Source: Raillietiella orientalis
Taxonomy: Eukaryota
Assembly (NCBI GenBank): GCA_036172245.1
Contig: JAYWIR010000068.1
Coordinates: forward strand, 124,001 to 188,000
Reading direction: 5' to 3'
DNA: 64,000 nt
Shown: in pieces, positions 1 through 14,100 of the stretch
Layout of the letters: the number at the start of each line of letters is the position of its first letter
Numbering within the stretch: the stretch's first letter is position 1
Made by a program: the position numbers and the translations under genes
Notes under the pieces: generated by a model
What the model saw: only the letters and a program-made list of their open reading frames with translations
Databases searched by the model: none
What the model was told of the DNA's origin: nothing

Positions 1-2
1 CG

Positions 3-110
3 GATGGGATGATGGGCTTGGAACATCTCAGCGTGGTCGAGGTGCAGCGCCTCGCCTCGCTAGCAAAATCAACTACCAATTCAATATTGGTAGATGATTT
101 TGAAATGTAA
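3..110 (+). CDS. Possible terminal coding exon fragment of an unidentified gene entering from the left (DGMMGLEHLSVVEVQRLASLAKSTTNSILVDDFEM*)
   Basis: Open frame from the window edge to TAA at 108-110 with protein-like composition. It is followed by 3'UTR-like AT-rich sequence (~960-1620) and AATAAA at 1625-1630. Family not recognised. Confidence 0.3.
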   Translation, partial: DGMMGLEHLSVVEVQRLASLAKSTTNSILVDDFEM

Positions 111-1859
111 GGTATTTAGGGAGTTATTTTTTGTTGCCTGATGGTTTCTCCTGTGTTTGTGTGGGCGGGGCGCTCGTGTTTTCGTCTGTTTGCCGTACGA
201 TCCTACCGACCGGCCGAGGGATCGTTTGCACCGTCCGAAAGGTGTGTTTCGTGTATGGCCGGAATGTGTGGAGTGTGCTTTCCGTGCACACCGTTTCTCT
301 CCAGCGCTTCCTTGTGCTCAGCATCCTCTCCGGTTTGGCATCAGCGCGGAGGGAGGCGCGGGCGGGGTTCTCGCGTGGCGGATGGGTTCCCCACAGAGTG
401 GTCACATTTTTTTTCCACCGCATCTCCCGTTCAAGTGGCACGCCGCAATCAACAGACGGCACGTGCCAGGCGCGTTCCCTTCTCGTGCCGAACGCTGAAT
501 GCACCGTGGTGGTCCCCCCCCTCCCCCTTCCACCCCCCTCCCCCCCCTGCTCGAGGTTGCGGTGGTGGCCAACGCGTTCGTTTCACCACGTTTCCCCTTT
601 GGTCTCTCCCGGTGCGCGCGGTCTTCCTCGTGGCGGTCCAAACGCCCGTCGGGCATAGCCGAGCACAGCGCGCGTCCTTCCGTCCCCTTCTCATTGCCCC
701 GCGCTGCGGTCGTTTCCCCGCTCTCGGCGACCCAATTCGGGACCGAACGATTCCTTTCCCTTTTTTTCCTTTTTTTTTTGTTTTTTTCGACAAAAAATGT
801 GTGCAGTGGCGTGGAAGTTTTTTTTTTTTTTCTTTTCCTTGCTGCGAGTGCCCGGTGTTTGGACAGAGGAATAACAGCGGTGTTTATGTGTTTCAGGAAG
901 AACGTCACGACTCGAACAGAGGAAGAGGAAGAAATCGCAATTAAGTTAAAAAGAGCGTCACGATGACTAGTTTGTGTAGATTCGATTCCTAGTTTCCTAA
1001 CTTTTTTGCTGTATATGTGTAATTGAAATTTTAAGTGCTCAGAATTGTTTACTTTTTTGCACCGATATTAGATATATTTGTTTAAGTAAAACGAATTTAA
1101 GATATTAAGATATTTCATATCTGTACTGCTTTATATAATGCTTTCTGAGTAAAGGTACTTTTATATGTGAAAGAAATCAAAGATATGTTTACCCGAATTT
1201 AAAAAAAAAAAAAGAGGAAAAAAAAAGAAAGAAGAAGAAGAAGAAGAAGAAGTATATATCAAGATTGTACCCATGACGAAATATCAGTTCTCTCCCCCTT
1301 ACTGTGTGAGCCTCAGTGATGACTGATGATGTTTTTGGGGATCACCTCACAAAAGTGAATCCGCGTGAAAGGTTTCAATGGACGGCGAAGACTCGAATCA
1401 CAAAAAAAAAAAAAAAAAAAGAAGAAAAAAAAGAAGAAGAGATTGCTAAACTCCTTCCCTAACGATGGTAACAGTTGCATTGGAAGCACTTCTGATATAG
1501 TTTATTATTGTACCTGGCACATGTGTTGTTTTTCTTTCTTTCTTTTTGGAAAATATAAAGCATTTGTTGCTGGAGTGCTGTATTGTTATGCTTAGCACTT
1601 GTTATATTATTGGACAAAGTAATCAATAAAAGAAAACGGCAAACGCTCGTTATTTGTCATTGTTCAGTGACCGCTTGTGCAGACCGGGTCACGGCCACCC
1701 TCGGGAAGGCAGGAGGTGAAGCCGCCGCTGCGGGCCACATGGAACCTTCCAGGTAAGGTGCTTTTCAAGTACAGTTTGCTTGCCGAGCTTTGCACTGCGA
1801 CACGCGCCGCCGTGGGGCTTCCTCTTCCTCCTCCTCCTCCTCCTTTTTCTTCTTCTTCT

Positions 1860-3200
1860 TCAGCAGCCCCCCCCCCCTTTTCGAGCAGGACGCGGGTGCG
1901 TTTGGGTGCCTCGGGCGCTTCCGAAGTGGTCCACTGGCCATGCCAGAGGACAAAGAGGTTCGGAGCAAACTTCCCGGTCGCTGCGGTAACCAAAAGGTGA
2001 TGGTGGTGGTGGTGGTGCCTGGTTTGGGATCGGCGTAGACGCCGAAGCGCGCCAGCCGCGGGTGGCCAAAGACCCCGTGGCTGCCGTTGCCCACACACCC
2101 TTCTCGCCATCGCGACGAGCCGGATGGTATCTCCGGAAGCTGGCCGTCGGTCGCTTGAGGCGGTCCTGTGCCGCGATCGCGGATCGGAGAGCCTGGCCGC
2201 TGCAGCAGCACGTGTTGGCCCGTCCCGGAAGGAGCAAGCGCCTCCCGTCCGCCCTCTTTCTCGTCGGAATGCCCTCGCGGATCCGCTTTCCTGTGACTCG
2301 GGTCTGCGGTGGCACGTGCCAGCGCCACTGTTCGCCCGAAATCGCCGCTTTCCCCCCCCCCCCCCCACTGCGAAAGTCACGCGATGCGTGCACGATACAC
2401 AGTGTACCAACGACCAGCACGAAACGTGGCCGTTCTCGTCGAAATACAAAACCTTCCGTGCACGCCCTGCGGGGGAAACTCACGCCTGCAGCTTGCTGTT
2501 TGCAATCAATATGCAATCGTCCAGGTCAGTCGAATCCTGATTGCTCCATCGCGGTCTCTTGCGTGTTTATCGCTTCTTGTTGCACGTGAAAAAGCAGACG
2601 TCACCGCTCTTGCCCTTGCATTTCGAGTAAAAAAGGTACGCAGTGTTTCATGCGCCACGTCGTACATTTCATTTCGCTGTATAAGGACACTTCGGGACCC
2701 CCGAAACAATCCGGAAAGTGTGTGCGAACGGTAAGGGAACAGAAAAACATGCGCCTGCGTCGGCGCCGTCATCGGGAAGCAGTCGAATCGGGGAAGGTGC
2801 GTCCGACCACCGGCTTCGACCGCAAGAGATTCCCTCCTGTCTCCGACGCCGGAGCGCTTTCTGGCCAAGGCGGTTTGGGGAGGGGGGAGCGGCCCCTTTT
2901 GCCGTCAGCCCCACGTGGGGACCGTGATGTTTGCGACCGGGCACAAGGCGGCCGTGCACGCGCGTGCCTCTTGCGCGCCACATTCGAAAAGCGGATGGCG
3001 CAGTCATCCATCGGTGCCGCAACGACTCTGCCCTGAACGGTGTTTTCATGGTTCCAGTAAAAAAGCGGTTGAGGCGTTTTCGGAAGACTTTTGGCGACGT
3101 CACTCCCGAAATCGAAAAATTTCCACCAGAGTCTGCTTTCCGTGTCTTTCACGGAACATCTCTATGACCGCAGTGTCTTGGGCGATTCGATCCGTGCCGG
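1860..3200 (-). mobile_element. Highly decayed, GC-rich mariner-like transposase fossil
   Basis: Collinear degenerate motifs across frames: RKRLNRFFTG (HTH region), ALRSAIAAQDRLKRP (cf. L.RL..AI..KRP), RGWRASASTPIPNQAP (cf. LGWEVLPHPPYSPDLAP). No TIRs recognised. Confidence 0.35.
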
Positions 3201-4799
3201 AGACTTTAGCTTCTGTAGCTCTCTGAGAGCACGTGGACCCTGAAGACCGTTCTGAGGGGGCGCAGGTCATGCTCGCGTGCATCCCACTAAAGCCTCGCGC
3301 CAGCTGTCGCCGCCATGTCGGCAGCGAGCGAGCACTGCTTGATGTGTGCCGCTGTCAGCAGTGGGGCGAAGCGGCTTTCGTGCTATTCAGTTCGCTGCGC
3401 GCATGGCGTGTCGGGGAGACCTCCGTGAGTCACGACGGTTTCCGTGTCGCGTCCTGCGGCTGGCTGCAGGTCCAGGTGTACACATCCTTGGTACACAGCG
3501 CTTCCCTGGCGTCTCCGGATCGCCGAGGCGTTCTTCGTTTGTTTCTTACGCGCCGTTTCCTGCATCACTTTCTCAGGTGCCTAGGAGGATGTCCGGTGGA
3601 TGACGTCCAGTGTTCGAACTGCGCGCCCGTGCACACACACACGTTTCCTTGCACATCTGACGCGCATTCCTGCTTCCGGAAGTTTTTGTTAAGTACTTCG
3701 CTAGTAATTGTGCATGTTGGGACGCTCGTCGACACGGATGCACACGTACCCGCGAGCTGTGTCCGCGCTCACCATTCGAAATCTCGTGAGCTCGCAGAAG
3801 CCAACGTGGGTGGAGCTCACGCGGTTCCGGACCACAATTTGTTTCCGAATCCCCGGCAAACTGGAATTTCGAAAATTCAGTGAGAGTTGCCGCGGCGAAC
3901 GACCTTGGCGTTTCGGTTTCCCGTTTTTTCCTTGGTCGGGGGGGTTTCGAAGCGAACTATTCCGCGTCGACCTCCTCCCGCGGTTCAAAGCAACGCGGCG
4001 CCGTCTTGGAAGGCGTCTCTCGAATGCCTGGTGACCGCGCCGCCCGCGGCAAAAGGTAAGGAAGCAACTCGCTGGCAGCACCAGCGAGTTGCTTCCAAGA
4101 AAGGTTTCTCTGCGAAAGGAAAGTTTCCGGGTCGAGTCGATCGATTCGAGGAACCGTACGTTGCATCCTGTGCCTCCCCTCCCCCCACTTTTGAATCTCA
4201 GCATCTCCCTCTGCTCGCCGGTGCAGTATGAGTGAATGGGTGGTACGGACCACTTTTTTAAGTGTTTGCTCATGCAGGCCGAACCCGCGGAGGATTACGG
4301 CTCGGGCGACTACTCTAGAGCTGACCACTCTTGCAGGGGGTCATCCGGAGGATGTTGTCAAAAAGCCCGCGATTCTGAGTGACTTCCGGGGAGCGGGAAG
4401 AAATTTCAGTCGCGTCAATCCTTGGTGAGGGAACTGCGGGGAGAATCCGGGTAACCGAAAATGCATGGCGACGGCGGTAGTTGGGAGTGCTGCTAGAAGT
4501 AGGCAGGCGCTGCCCTGCGGTTTCCGCGAAACCGGAAGGCACGCTTGGGCCTCGCGCCGTCGTGCTCGGCGGATCAACAGCCACGCCAGCCGATGCGGTG
4601 CTGGATGCTGATCGCGCATCTTTCATATGACCCGTCGCCGTTCCAGAAGAACCTCTCTCTACGACGCGGTATATGTAATGGTACTCGCCTGCGCAGCCGG
4701 TGACGGTCCAGGCGGAAGCTGCGTGCCGATGTCGGGTGTCTCAGGAGGGGGGGGGGAGCCTTTTCCTCCGAATTCGCGCGTCGCGTCGGTGTCGTTTGC

Positions 4800-5750
4800 C
4801 TTTCCTGCACACTACCAAACGCTGCTTCCGCTCACGACGTGTGCTCAAGCGGACTGACGGCGAAGAGATGGATGCGTGGAGCACGCGAATGCTTCCGGAT
4901 TGCGGGTGGGTTCCACCCACCGTCTTGGTAAATCCTGCTCGTGCAGCGGTTGTACAAGAAGTCAGCGGCGGACGATTTTTCCCTTCCTTCTAGGCGAGCA
5001 CGCCCGTTTTCCGAATGCTTTCTTCCCCCCTCCCGCTAGTGCGTGTGTGATTCCCGCGGGTGTTTGGCTCGTTTCCCGCGCGAAACCAAGGAGGCGCGTG
5101 ACTTTGGGGTGCCCGCGCAGAAGCGGCCGTCCTTCGGATCGCAGCAGTCTCCGGGGAGGCACCTGCCGCCCACCGGCCGCCGTCTCCTCTCTAGGACCCG
5201 TCGAGGAAGACCGGGACTTTGGTGCGACGCCTGTGAATCTCGCATGTACGCCGCCGTCTCGGGCTGGGGGAAGGCACGGGTGCGTGCCGGCGGTTCTTCC
5301 ATGTTCCCGCGGGAGTCTGTTGCGCGGAGAGTGTGCACTCATCTGCCACGGCTCCACCACCCTACCCACTCTTCCGTGTAGAGAGCGTGGTGAAGCAGCC
5401 TCCCAGCAGACACCTGGAAATCCGCCGGCATCGGTTGCCCTTGGCAGACCGGGTGAGATGGTTCGTCAACGGCCCTAAGGGCCTAAAGGGCACTCCTCCC
5501 GCAGCCTCCCGGTATCTCCAGCGGTTAGCGGCAAATAAAAGAAAGGAAAGATCGATGTAGTTATCGCGACCTAGGTTCTTCTTGCGCGAGTTCCCGCTCG
5601 TCTTTTACCAAAGCGTCTTCGAAGGCGGAGGTGCGATTTCTTGTGCCCGCAAAAGCTTCGAAAGCTCTGAAGCTCCACCTCGTTCGCCCGAACTCTCGTG
5701 GCACAGAGCATGACTTAAAGGCGTGGACGGCCATGGAGTGAAGGCTCCTT
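4800..5750 (-). mobile_element. Highly decayed mariner-like transposase fossil
   Basis: RELAQEEPRSR (cf. LEDEPRSGRP), NHLTRSAKGN (cf. RHLHQIGKV), AVADECTL (cf. VTCDEKWIL) and THPQSGS (cf. HPPYSPD) occur in the expected order. Confidence 0.3.
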
Positions 5751-6049
5751 TCCCTTCCGGTAAATTTTTGAGGTCTCGGAACTCCTCTCGGGTCCACGTG
5801 TGGCGCCCCGCCGTCCGTGCAGACGTTCGTACTGTGCAGGCGGCTTAAGGGGCTTTGGAATTTGTTTCTCCGCCTTTCTCTTTTTTTCGAGCCTCTCGAC
5901 GATGCATTCATCTCCTTGGACAAAACGAGAAGGGAAAGAAGAAAAAAAAAAAGAAAAAACGCTTTCTTCTGTTCAACCGTCGTTTCTCTTGCTGTACCGA
6001 GTGAAGAGTGTTTCTTTCTTTCTGTCCCGTGTACGTTCCCTCGCGCATG

Positions 6050-7050
6050 CACGGCACTTTCTCGGAACAGCTGACTCCTGAGGTCATTCCAGCGTCACTC
6101 TCCTTTCGGTCCGTCATCATCATGCGCAGGGGTTGGCTCGGAAAGAGGGTGGGGCACCGTGAGGAAGGTTGCGTGGAGAGTCCACCTCGCCTGGCGAGCG
6201 ATGCGTCCCCGAAAGCGTTGTCGCCGTCTGGCTCCCTGCTGTGGTCAGGGCTGGGGTATGCGCAAGCCACGTTTCGGCGCCTCGAGCAGTGTTTGCAGAA
6301 GAAACCGGTGGCTTCGCTGCGGGACAGGACACGAGCCACCGGCCGGTCCGTTTTGTGCTTCCATGTGAAGCATAGAAGAAATCCGCTATCCGGAACCCTC
6401 TTGCAAGTCGTACTTTTGGGGAAAGAAGGCATATGAATACCGTCTGGGTTTTGCCCCGGTCCCATCCAAACTTCACCATCGTACGTGGCAACGGCGACTG
6501 CCCGTCTTCTCCGGGTCTCTCGTTGCCCAGACGATTGCACGAGGAATGCAGCAGAACTGCCAGTCGCTGCGTTCCTGAACAACACGGGAGCATTCCTCGG
6601 GACACACACTCGTGCCTGCAAGCCGCACTACGACGGTTGCTGAGCAACTCGTGTGTGCGCCTTCGGAACCGTCCAGAGCAGGGCATTTCATCGTATTGGC
6701 GATTCGCCCCCGGGGAACACGTGCCCTGCCCCACCCGCGTGTTGTCTGCTGTGCCCGCGGTGTTGTCGATTTGGGTTGGTCCATTCCGCGTCTTCTTAGG
6801 ACGGAAGTTGCAGTGGGCACTCGCGCGTGTAGGGGGCTTGTTTCGAGAGCATCGTGGAGTGGGGACCACTGGTCAGCAAGGCGGCTCTCAAGAATCACAC
6901 AGGACGGAACGCTTTGAACGTTTTTTTTGCGAGTGCGCATCTCGACGGGTTTGCAACGGGGAACAGTTGCGGTCTGCTGGGCTGAGCACCGGCTTTTTCT
7001 TTCTGGACCGAAAACCAGTTTTATTTTGTGTGTGTATGTGTGTGTGCATT
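6050..7050 (-). mobile_element. Highly decayed mariner-like transposase fossil
   Basis: YDEMPCSGRF (cf. EDEPRSGRP), ATYDGEVWM (cf. VTGDETWV), GDNAFGDASLA (cf. HDNAPAHTSL) and QPSSRCPTLFPS (cf. APSDFHLFP) occur in order with plausible spacing. Confidence 0.35.
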
Positions 7051-8134
7051 TGGAGGAGGGGTACGCTTGGTTGGCGAGGCGCGCGGCCAAGCGCCAGCCG
7101 GTTGCTCCCAGATTTGGCGTGCCGCGAAAGCCTCCCTGCCCGCCCGGGTGCCAGTCGACGTGCTCGCACAGCAGCCTCCACCGGCAAGGCCGTGCGGCCC
7201 CCACGGCTGCAAAGTTCGGGGCTTTCCGCCGCCACCTTGTTCTCTGCGTTGCGCCTCTGATGACCCAAAGCACGATGGGGGGAGGTCAGCACCGTTTCGG
7301 CACGTGTTCCCGCGTGCCTAGCTCGCGAAACGAGAAGGGCTTTCCGCAGTTTTCCGTCCTTGCCTCTCGACGACCTTGCCCTTCGCACGACCGGAGGTCA
7401 CCCCGCTACCGGTTCGGTTGCAGAACTGCATGGACTTTTTCCCCGCTTTCTCCACTTGGGAGGGAGTTTCCTCCGTGGCGGTTGCAGCGGCACTCATCCA
7501 CTGAAAGAGAAGTGGCTGGACAGAAGCGGCGGTCCCTTGACTCCCGTTTTTTTTTTTTTTTTTATTATTTTCATTTTCGCGTTTATTAAAGAATTCCAGC
7601 ACACGTTTCCCCCTCACCGCGAGTGCTTTTTGTCACGAACGTTTCCTTTTCGGAAAGTGACACACATTACCGCGTGCTGGTCTCTCTTCCCCGCCCCGGC
7701 AGCTCACAGTTTTCGAGGGGGCGTATCTTTTTCCTACTACTATTTTTTTTTTTTTTTTCCTTTCCCGTGTAACCTTGCCAACGAACTTGCAGCCACTACC
7801 AAGCGTTCTGATGCCGTCCATAGGCGGGTTTCAGGGTTTAGAGCTCCGGGGTTTCTTCTAATTTATTTTTGCACTTCCACGGTGAAGGGGGAAAACATAG
7901 GGGGAGGAGAGACTAACCGACCTCGAAGTTTCCTCCTTGCAGCCCTCGGTTCCCCGCACGGGTATCAATCAGTGCGGTCTCTGCAAGTCACAGCACCAAA
8001 TGCAGCACCCAGGGAAGGCAACTTTCAGTAGCGGGGCATTCGGTCCGGAGAACGAATTCGGAATCCGACTTTCTACTTCGCGACCAGCCTTCCCCAAACT
8101 GCTGAGGGGGACGCGTCAGCACATGGGGTTTGCT

Positions 8135-11100
8135 TTAAGAGGTGCTCGACACATCGTTCTCTTCGGTCGAATCGGTGTCCTGAATTTCGTGGCGCAGGGC
8201 GCCCGAGCTGTTGCCCGCCGCCGCCTTCACCGGGTCGACGACGCATTCCGGCTGACCTGCGTGGGCTGGAAGCGACTTGCTGGGAAAGGAACTGATGTTC
8301 ATCGCAAATGCTGCCAGCTCCTTTTGTGACAAACCCTTGTCGGGAGAAGGGAGAAAACAATCGATTACGCAGGCCCGCAAGACGATCCCTCCCATCGCGC
8401 AAACGGCCCCCAAGCCATCTGAGCGCTTACCCCGATGTAGGTTTTCATCTCTTCGGCGTACTTGTCCTGCAGGGCGCGCCACCTTTTTTTGTACCGAGCC
8501 CTCTCTTCTTCGGAAAGGGCATGCCACGCGCCCGACGCTTCCTTCGCGGTTTTCTTGATGCCCGCCTGGGCAGCCGTGGCTTTGAAGGTCTGCGCGAAGA
8601 GGGAATACGGGGTCCTGCAAATGCACGACACATGGGAACCGCTCTTCCACGTTCCGCTACTTTACTTTGGCGGCGCTTGTGGTTTGTCGACGAAAGGTTT
8701 CGAGGAGGAATCCAACGTCTTCGCCTTGTGCCCGTTGGATGGCACGTATGCCTGGTACGCCTCCTACACGACCAGGGATAAGCGTTCCTTCCCAACGGAA
8801 AGGAGACGTACCTGTTCCTTGGGGGACAGTGCTTCGTACTGCTTCTTCATCATCTTCCTCCGTTCGCCCACGGAAGCCTCGGGGAACTGCTTCCGGAAGT
8901 GCTCCCCGTTCTCCTTGATGTAAGCCCTGAGGCCAGCGACGGTCTTCTCCCTGTCCTCCTTCCTCTTCTCCCTCGCCTGCATTTCCTCGAGTTCGAGCTC
9001 CTTCAGATCCTCCGGCAAGCTCTGAAGGTAGGCCTCGTACTTGGGATTGTATTCGGCCTTGAGCTCTTTAGCTCTCTCGTTGTAGCGCTCTTTCTCTTCA
9101 TCGGGCAGGGCCTTCCACCTGCTGGTGAAAGACGTGAGGGTCTGCGGGGACAACTCCTTTACGCCGCTTTCTTGGCTCGTGAGCTTGCAAAATAAGCCGT
9201 AGCCGCTTTTGGGTGGTTTTTCGGGCTTCCCGGCGACTCTACAAAGCAATTTCAACATGAAGCCAGCAGCAAAGCCGCTTCCAACCTTAGCAAAATGTTC
9301 CTCTCGTCTTTCGTGAGCAGCATTTTTGCGGAACCCTTCGCTTCATCAGAAGCCGCGCAAGGCTGAAAGTTTTCGGTTTTTATTGGCAAGTTTTCTCCTG
9401 GAGGCATACTCACTTCCTTCTCAAGGGCTTTCTTTATGTAGCGATACTTTTTCTTGTCGCTAAGATGCTTCCATTTACCCAGGCACTGCTCGCGATATTC
9501 GTTCCTGCTGACACACTGGCCACCACCCTTGCTGCACAGTTTACTCCACCTGTGCTCGAGGTACAGCTGCCAAAGAAAGGAAAACATTAGATGGTTTTTT
9601 TTTTTTTCTTCTTCTTCTTTTATTTTCTTTTTGGAGAAGAAGAAGAAGAAATCAAATCGCACAACGTGTGCCTGGCTTACACCAAATGGCGTCTTCGGCT
9701 GGTGGCTGCTCAACTTTGGTTTCTTGGGATGGCTGACACTCAATTCCTCAGGGTACCTCGCACTTTGCACAACTGGCAATGGAAAATAACAATAAACGGT
9801 GCAACTTACTAGAATTCTTGCATTTGTCTATTGTACTCCTCTTTTGCTTTCTGAGCGCGTTTGTCGTATTTCTGCTTCTTTTTCTCGGGCAAGTTTTTGA
9901 ACATTTCGAAGATCCGCTTACCCAGGGTGATCTACGGCGTGGTGTCAGCGTGTGCCCGTGGAAAACACACACTTCTCACCATATGCAGAGAAGGGTCCTC
10001 ACTCAGCACCTTGGGCCTCACGTCAGCGTAGTACAACCTAAAGGCATCCTTCGGTTTCTTGGGCATGTCGGGATGCACCTACGATTCGAGAGGCACTTTT
10101 AACGCATGCTGGTGAACCTGCCGGGTGACGAGTTTGAAAATCTGCAACGGCGCATCGTTTCGAACGAGGACGGGATGACTTGGAATTTTGAATCGGAAAA
10201 ACGGAAGACGACAACCCCCCGGCGCGTCGCTCGCGGCAAGAAGGCGGCGAAGAATGCAATTCACCTTGTAACACGCAATCAACAAGTCTGCAAAGTGCCG
10301 GCAATGCTTTCCGCGCCTCTCCTGACGGTTCGCGAAACCGAGCCAAAACACCTACAAGACGCAAGTGAAGAATATCACAACCGTGCACTAAGAAGTTGTT
10401 ATGTTGGTTGCATTCATTAATCAAAAGAAAGACCACTGGCCTGCACGCATTTATCCCAATGGGAAACGAGTTTGTTTATTCCTAAAAGATAGAATTCTGG
10501 AGTCTTGGAATTAACGAATTCATCGAAAACCTTCTATCGTAGGAGGAAATTACTCAAATGTTTAAAAAAAAAAAAAAAATGACATTCTGTCGGAGACAGG
10601 CCCGGAGCATGAGGCGGGCGAGGAAACAGCTCATTTCACGTGTTTAAAGTCATTCGTGAGGCGTGTGGTCGGGCTTCTTCATGGAGAAGAACTGGTGCTC
10701 TTCGACTGACCAATGCTGACCGTACACGATGCAGCCTTTGCATGCATTTTTTCAATCTACTGACGATATTCTGCTGCTGTTACTGCTTCATCAGGATTTC
10801 AGAAGTCGCAGTGAATGATGCCACTTGCCGACCGCCGAACCGTGACCATAATCTTTTTCTCTCGTGAAGCTTCGGTCTTGGCGCTTCTCTTCGGTCCAGC
10901 CACTGTGATGTACGTTTCCGGTTGCCGTAGAGATGCCGGTTCACATCACAATGCGATCGAGAAAGGGATCATTTTTGTTTCGCAAAAGAAGCGCAGAGCA
11001 GACTTCGTATCGCCGAAAACTGCTTGATGTCGGTTTCGCTCTTGCGGCATCCGTTGATCCGGCATTTTCGTTTTCCCAATTAGGCTCAAAAGCCGAACAA

Positions 11101-14100
11101 CTGTTGCATGACCTACACTGAGTTCTTCTGCCTCCTCTTGAGTTGTTTTAGCGTGGGTCCGCTTCCATAGTGGCTCTTGGATCAGTATCGTCTGTCTCTG
11201 TAGCTGAAGGACGTCCACGACTCCTTATTCTAAAGGCTTTCGCTTCCATCACGACGTTTTGGGAACCTGCGCACGTTTGCTGACTGACTCTTCGCCGAAT
11301 ACAAAATCGGTATTTCCAGCAGCATCTGATGCTTCACCAGTCCAATCGAAACTCTTACAACAAAATCGCGCGAATTTTTTTTTTTTTTTTTCCATGACTA
11401 ATTTAAGAGGTGAACATTCAACAACGCTAAAGAATGAAAACAACGGACACAAACTGAAATCAGTGGTGCCAGTCTCGTTGCTTACAATGATGTACACACG
11501 TGACTGTAACCAAAAGATAACGGTTGCTAGAAAAATCGGCGCCAAACTTGAAATGATAAAAACTGCAATTGCTTTCCTTGCACCAACCGAATACCACAAA
11601 CGGTTTCGTTAAGAGGGAAGCGGTAGCTTGAAATCTCAAGTCCAAAGCTTCCCTCCTGCACAGGGGCGTGCAAATGGGAGGTGAAAGGGAGTATTCGTGC
11701 AATCGGGAACACACACACACATATCCACTTGTGTGCGTGCACGAATCTGCTGAGTGTCGCCACATCCTGGAGCCCATATGTACGTACTTACATTAACGGT
11801 GCGTATAACGTGTACCGAAATGGTTGCATGAGGCCCTACCTTTTTGACCTTCACTTCCCATGGGTTTTCCACCCACTGACGGGCATCTTCGATTAATTCA
11901 TTCAGTGTCCGAAACTTGCGGAGACAAGACTGAATTTCTTGCCATTTGTTTTTACACTCGGCTTCTCCATACTCTCCAAATTTAATCTGCAATCCAAGTT
12001 GGGACCATGTCAATTCCCGTACCATGCCAAACCTTCTTCCACGGCAAAATTTTGGCTCGCTTGTCAAACTTCTTTTCATCTACCTCCGGAAGCTGCTCAG
12101 AAATTTTCTGCAGGAGCGTACACAAATCGTCTTTGGTCCATTCTAATGAAAAATAAAAAGTTTCAAACTTGGCGCAAAAACCGAGGCGATATCTCTGGCA
12201 AGCAGACATCCCTTAGCAAACATTTGGGCATCATCGTAAAATATTATGGATTCACGCACTCTTCACAGTCATTACCATCGTTCGGGGTAAACTAAACTCT
12301 ATATCAAAGCATAGTGTCGCAATTTGAACTCAATCAAAACTGTTGAGGCAATTTACAAATCATCTTGGTTGCCACAAGATCAAAAGGGTGAATGCGAGAC
12401 AAGAGCAGATGCATAAGGAGAAACGCACACGAAATTGAAACCAACAAGGACAAAAGAACGAAAGGCAATTAGAACGCTTTATACAAGGATAACGAAGTTT
12501 TTGATTCTGTAAAAACAAATACCCACGATTCAACGTGCAATCAAAGCTAGGGGCAGCAAATAACATGGTGACTACAGAAGCTGTACTGGTGGATACCGTG
12601 TACATGGTGCACTAATTCACTTCCAAACTCTGATAAAACTCTACACAAGGCACACATATAACAACAGTCTAGATGCATATGAATACAAACCATGAAGCTG
12701 CATCCAAAACTGTTGAGGAAAAAACAAGCCAACAAATTAAGGACAAAACAATGTTCACAAATGCTCCCCATAAATGACTTTCTTTATTAAACAAAAAAGG
12801 ATTAAAACAAACATGCCAAGAAAAAAATGAGCAGAATCAATTTCTGATTCAATCAACATTAATAGTAACATTAAAAAGAACCATTTTAAGACACTGAGAA
12901 ATACTCTGACAAATGCTTTCCAAAGTGAAGACAGCCAGCATTACACGTTTACGAAAACAATTTGAAAATCCCCATCTCTTCATGGATGACTTTTTTCTCA
13001 AGTTATCCAATTTGAAAATGACCGATTTTTTGTTTTGGCTGCAGATCCCCTTCCTAATTACATCACCAAAATGTACTGACATAATGAGATCCCCTTAATC
13101 ATGCTTACATGCTGAAACAAGGAATGTCACTTAATCTTTACACACTGACTGTCTAAACAAACAGTAAACTCGAGCCAACAGAAGCAAACTTTTTGCATGC
13201 AAAGGGGACAAATCACAAGTGTGAGGTGAACTTTACATATACTCTGTATGGCAAAAGCTTTCCTCCTAGATGACTCACTGAGTATCTTGAGACAGAATTT
13301 GCAGGCCAACAATCAACCAACTGTCCCTAAATCTCTGAAGCATGCATACAGTGAAGCAGGCATACAGCCACTCCAACCTTAATTGCAACACAACGTATGC
13401 ATTAAAGAAATCTGCATGCAGTTAATAACGCTTAACTTCATTGCACAATTCAGCACCCCATTTAAAATATGCACAGTAGATCTAATGTACTTAGACTACT
13501 AAATGATTCTCCTTGCAAACCATACTGTTATGCTTTCTTTCAAAAGTGATTAAGTATTCAAGCATCTAAATCAATGTGTAGTTTTAAGAGCACACTACAC
13601 GAAATACAGTAAAATTATATGGTGAATATGCTTCATACTCATCTGGGTATTTTCCACAGGATGCACATAACTATTGTTGTTCACAGGAAATTCCCTCAAG
13701 TCTAGAGAATGTTTTCTTTTTTTTGAAGAAGAATACCGGTTACTTTCGTGTAGAGAACCTGAAAGTATTCAAAATACAAACACTTTGGTTTACATTTTTC
13801 AAGAAAATGTTATAATCAGAATGACATTATCCTGATTTAAAACTTTATACTAATACAGCAATTTCATAAAACTTTTGCACTTAATTTATTCTGCTCGAAA
13901 TTGTCATGAAAGCCTTCCTCACACACAGGAGTTGAGCAACAATTAATCCCAATATGCAAATCTGAAATTAAACTGAACTGCAATTGATTCATCTTAATAA
14001 AATGATAATTTTCCATCAACAGGATGTACACTTTCAGATAAAAAAAATCTGAGCATGCAAATCAGGAAGCTTGTGGAGAAAATGAAAATGAATTCTCAGT

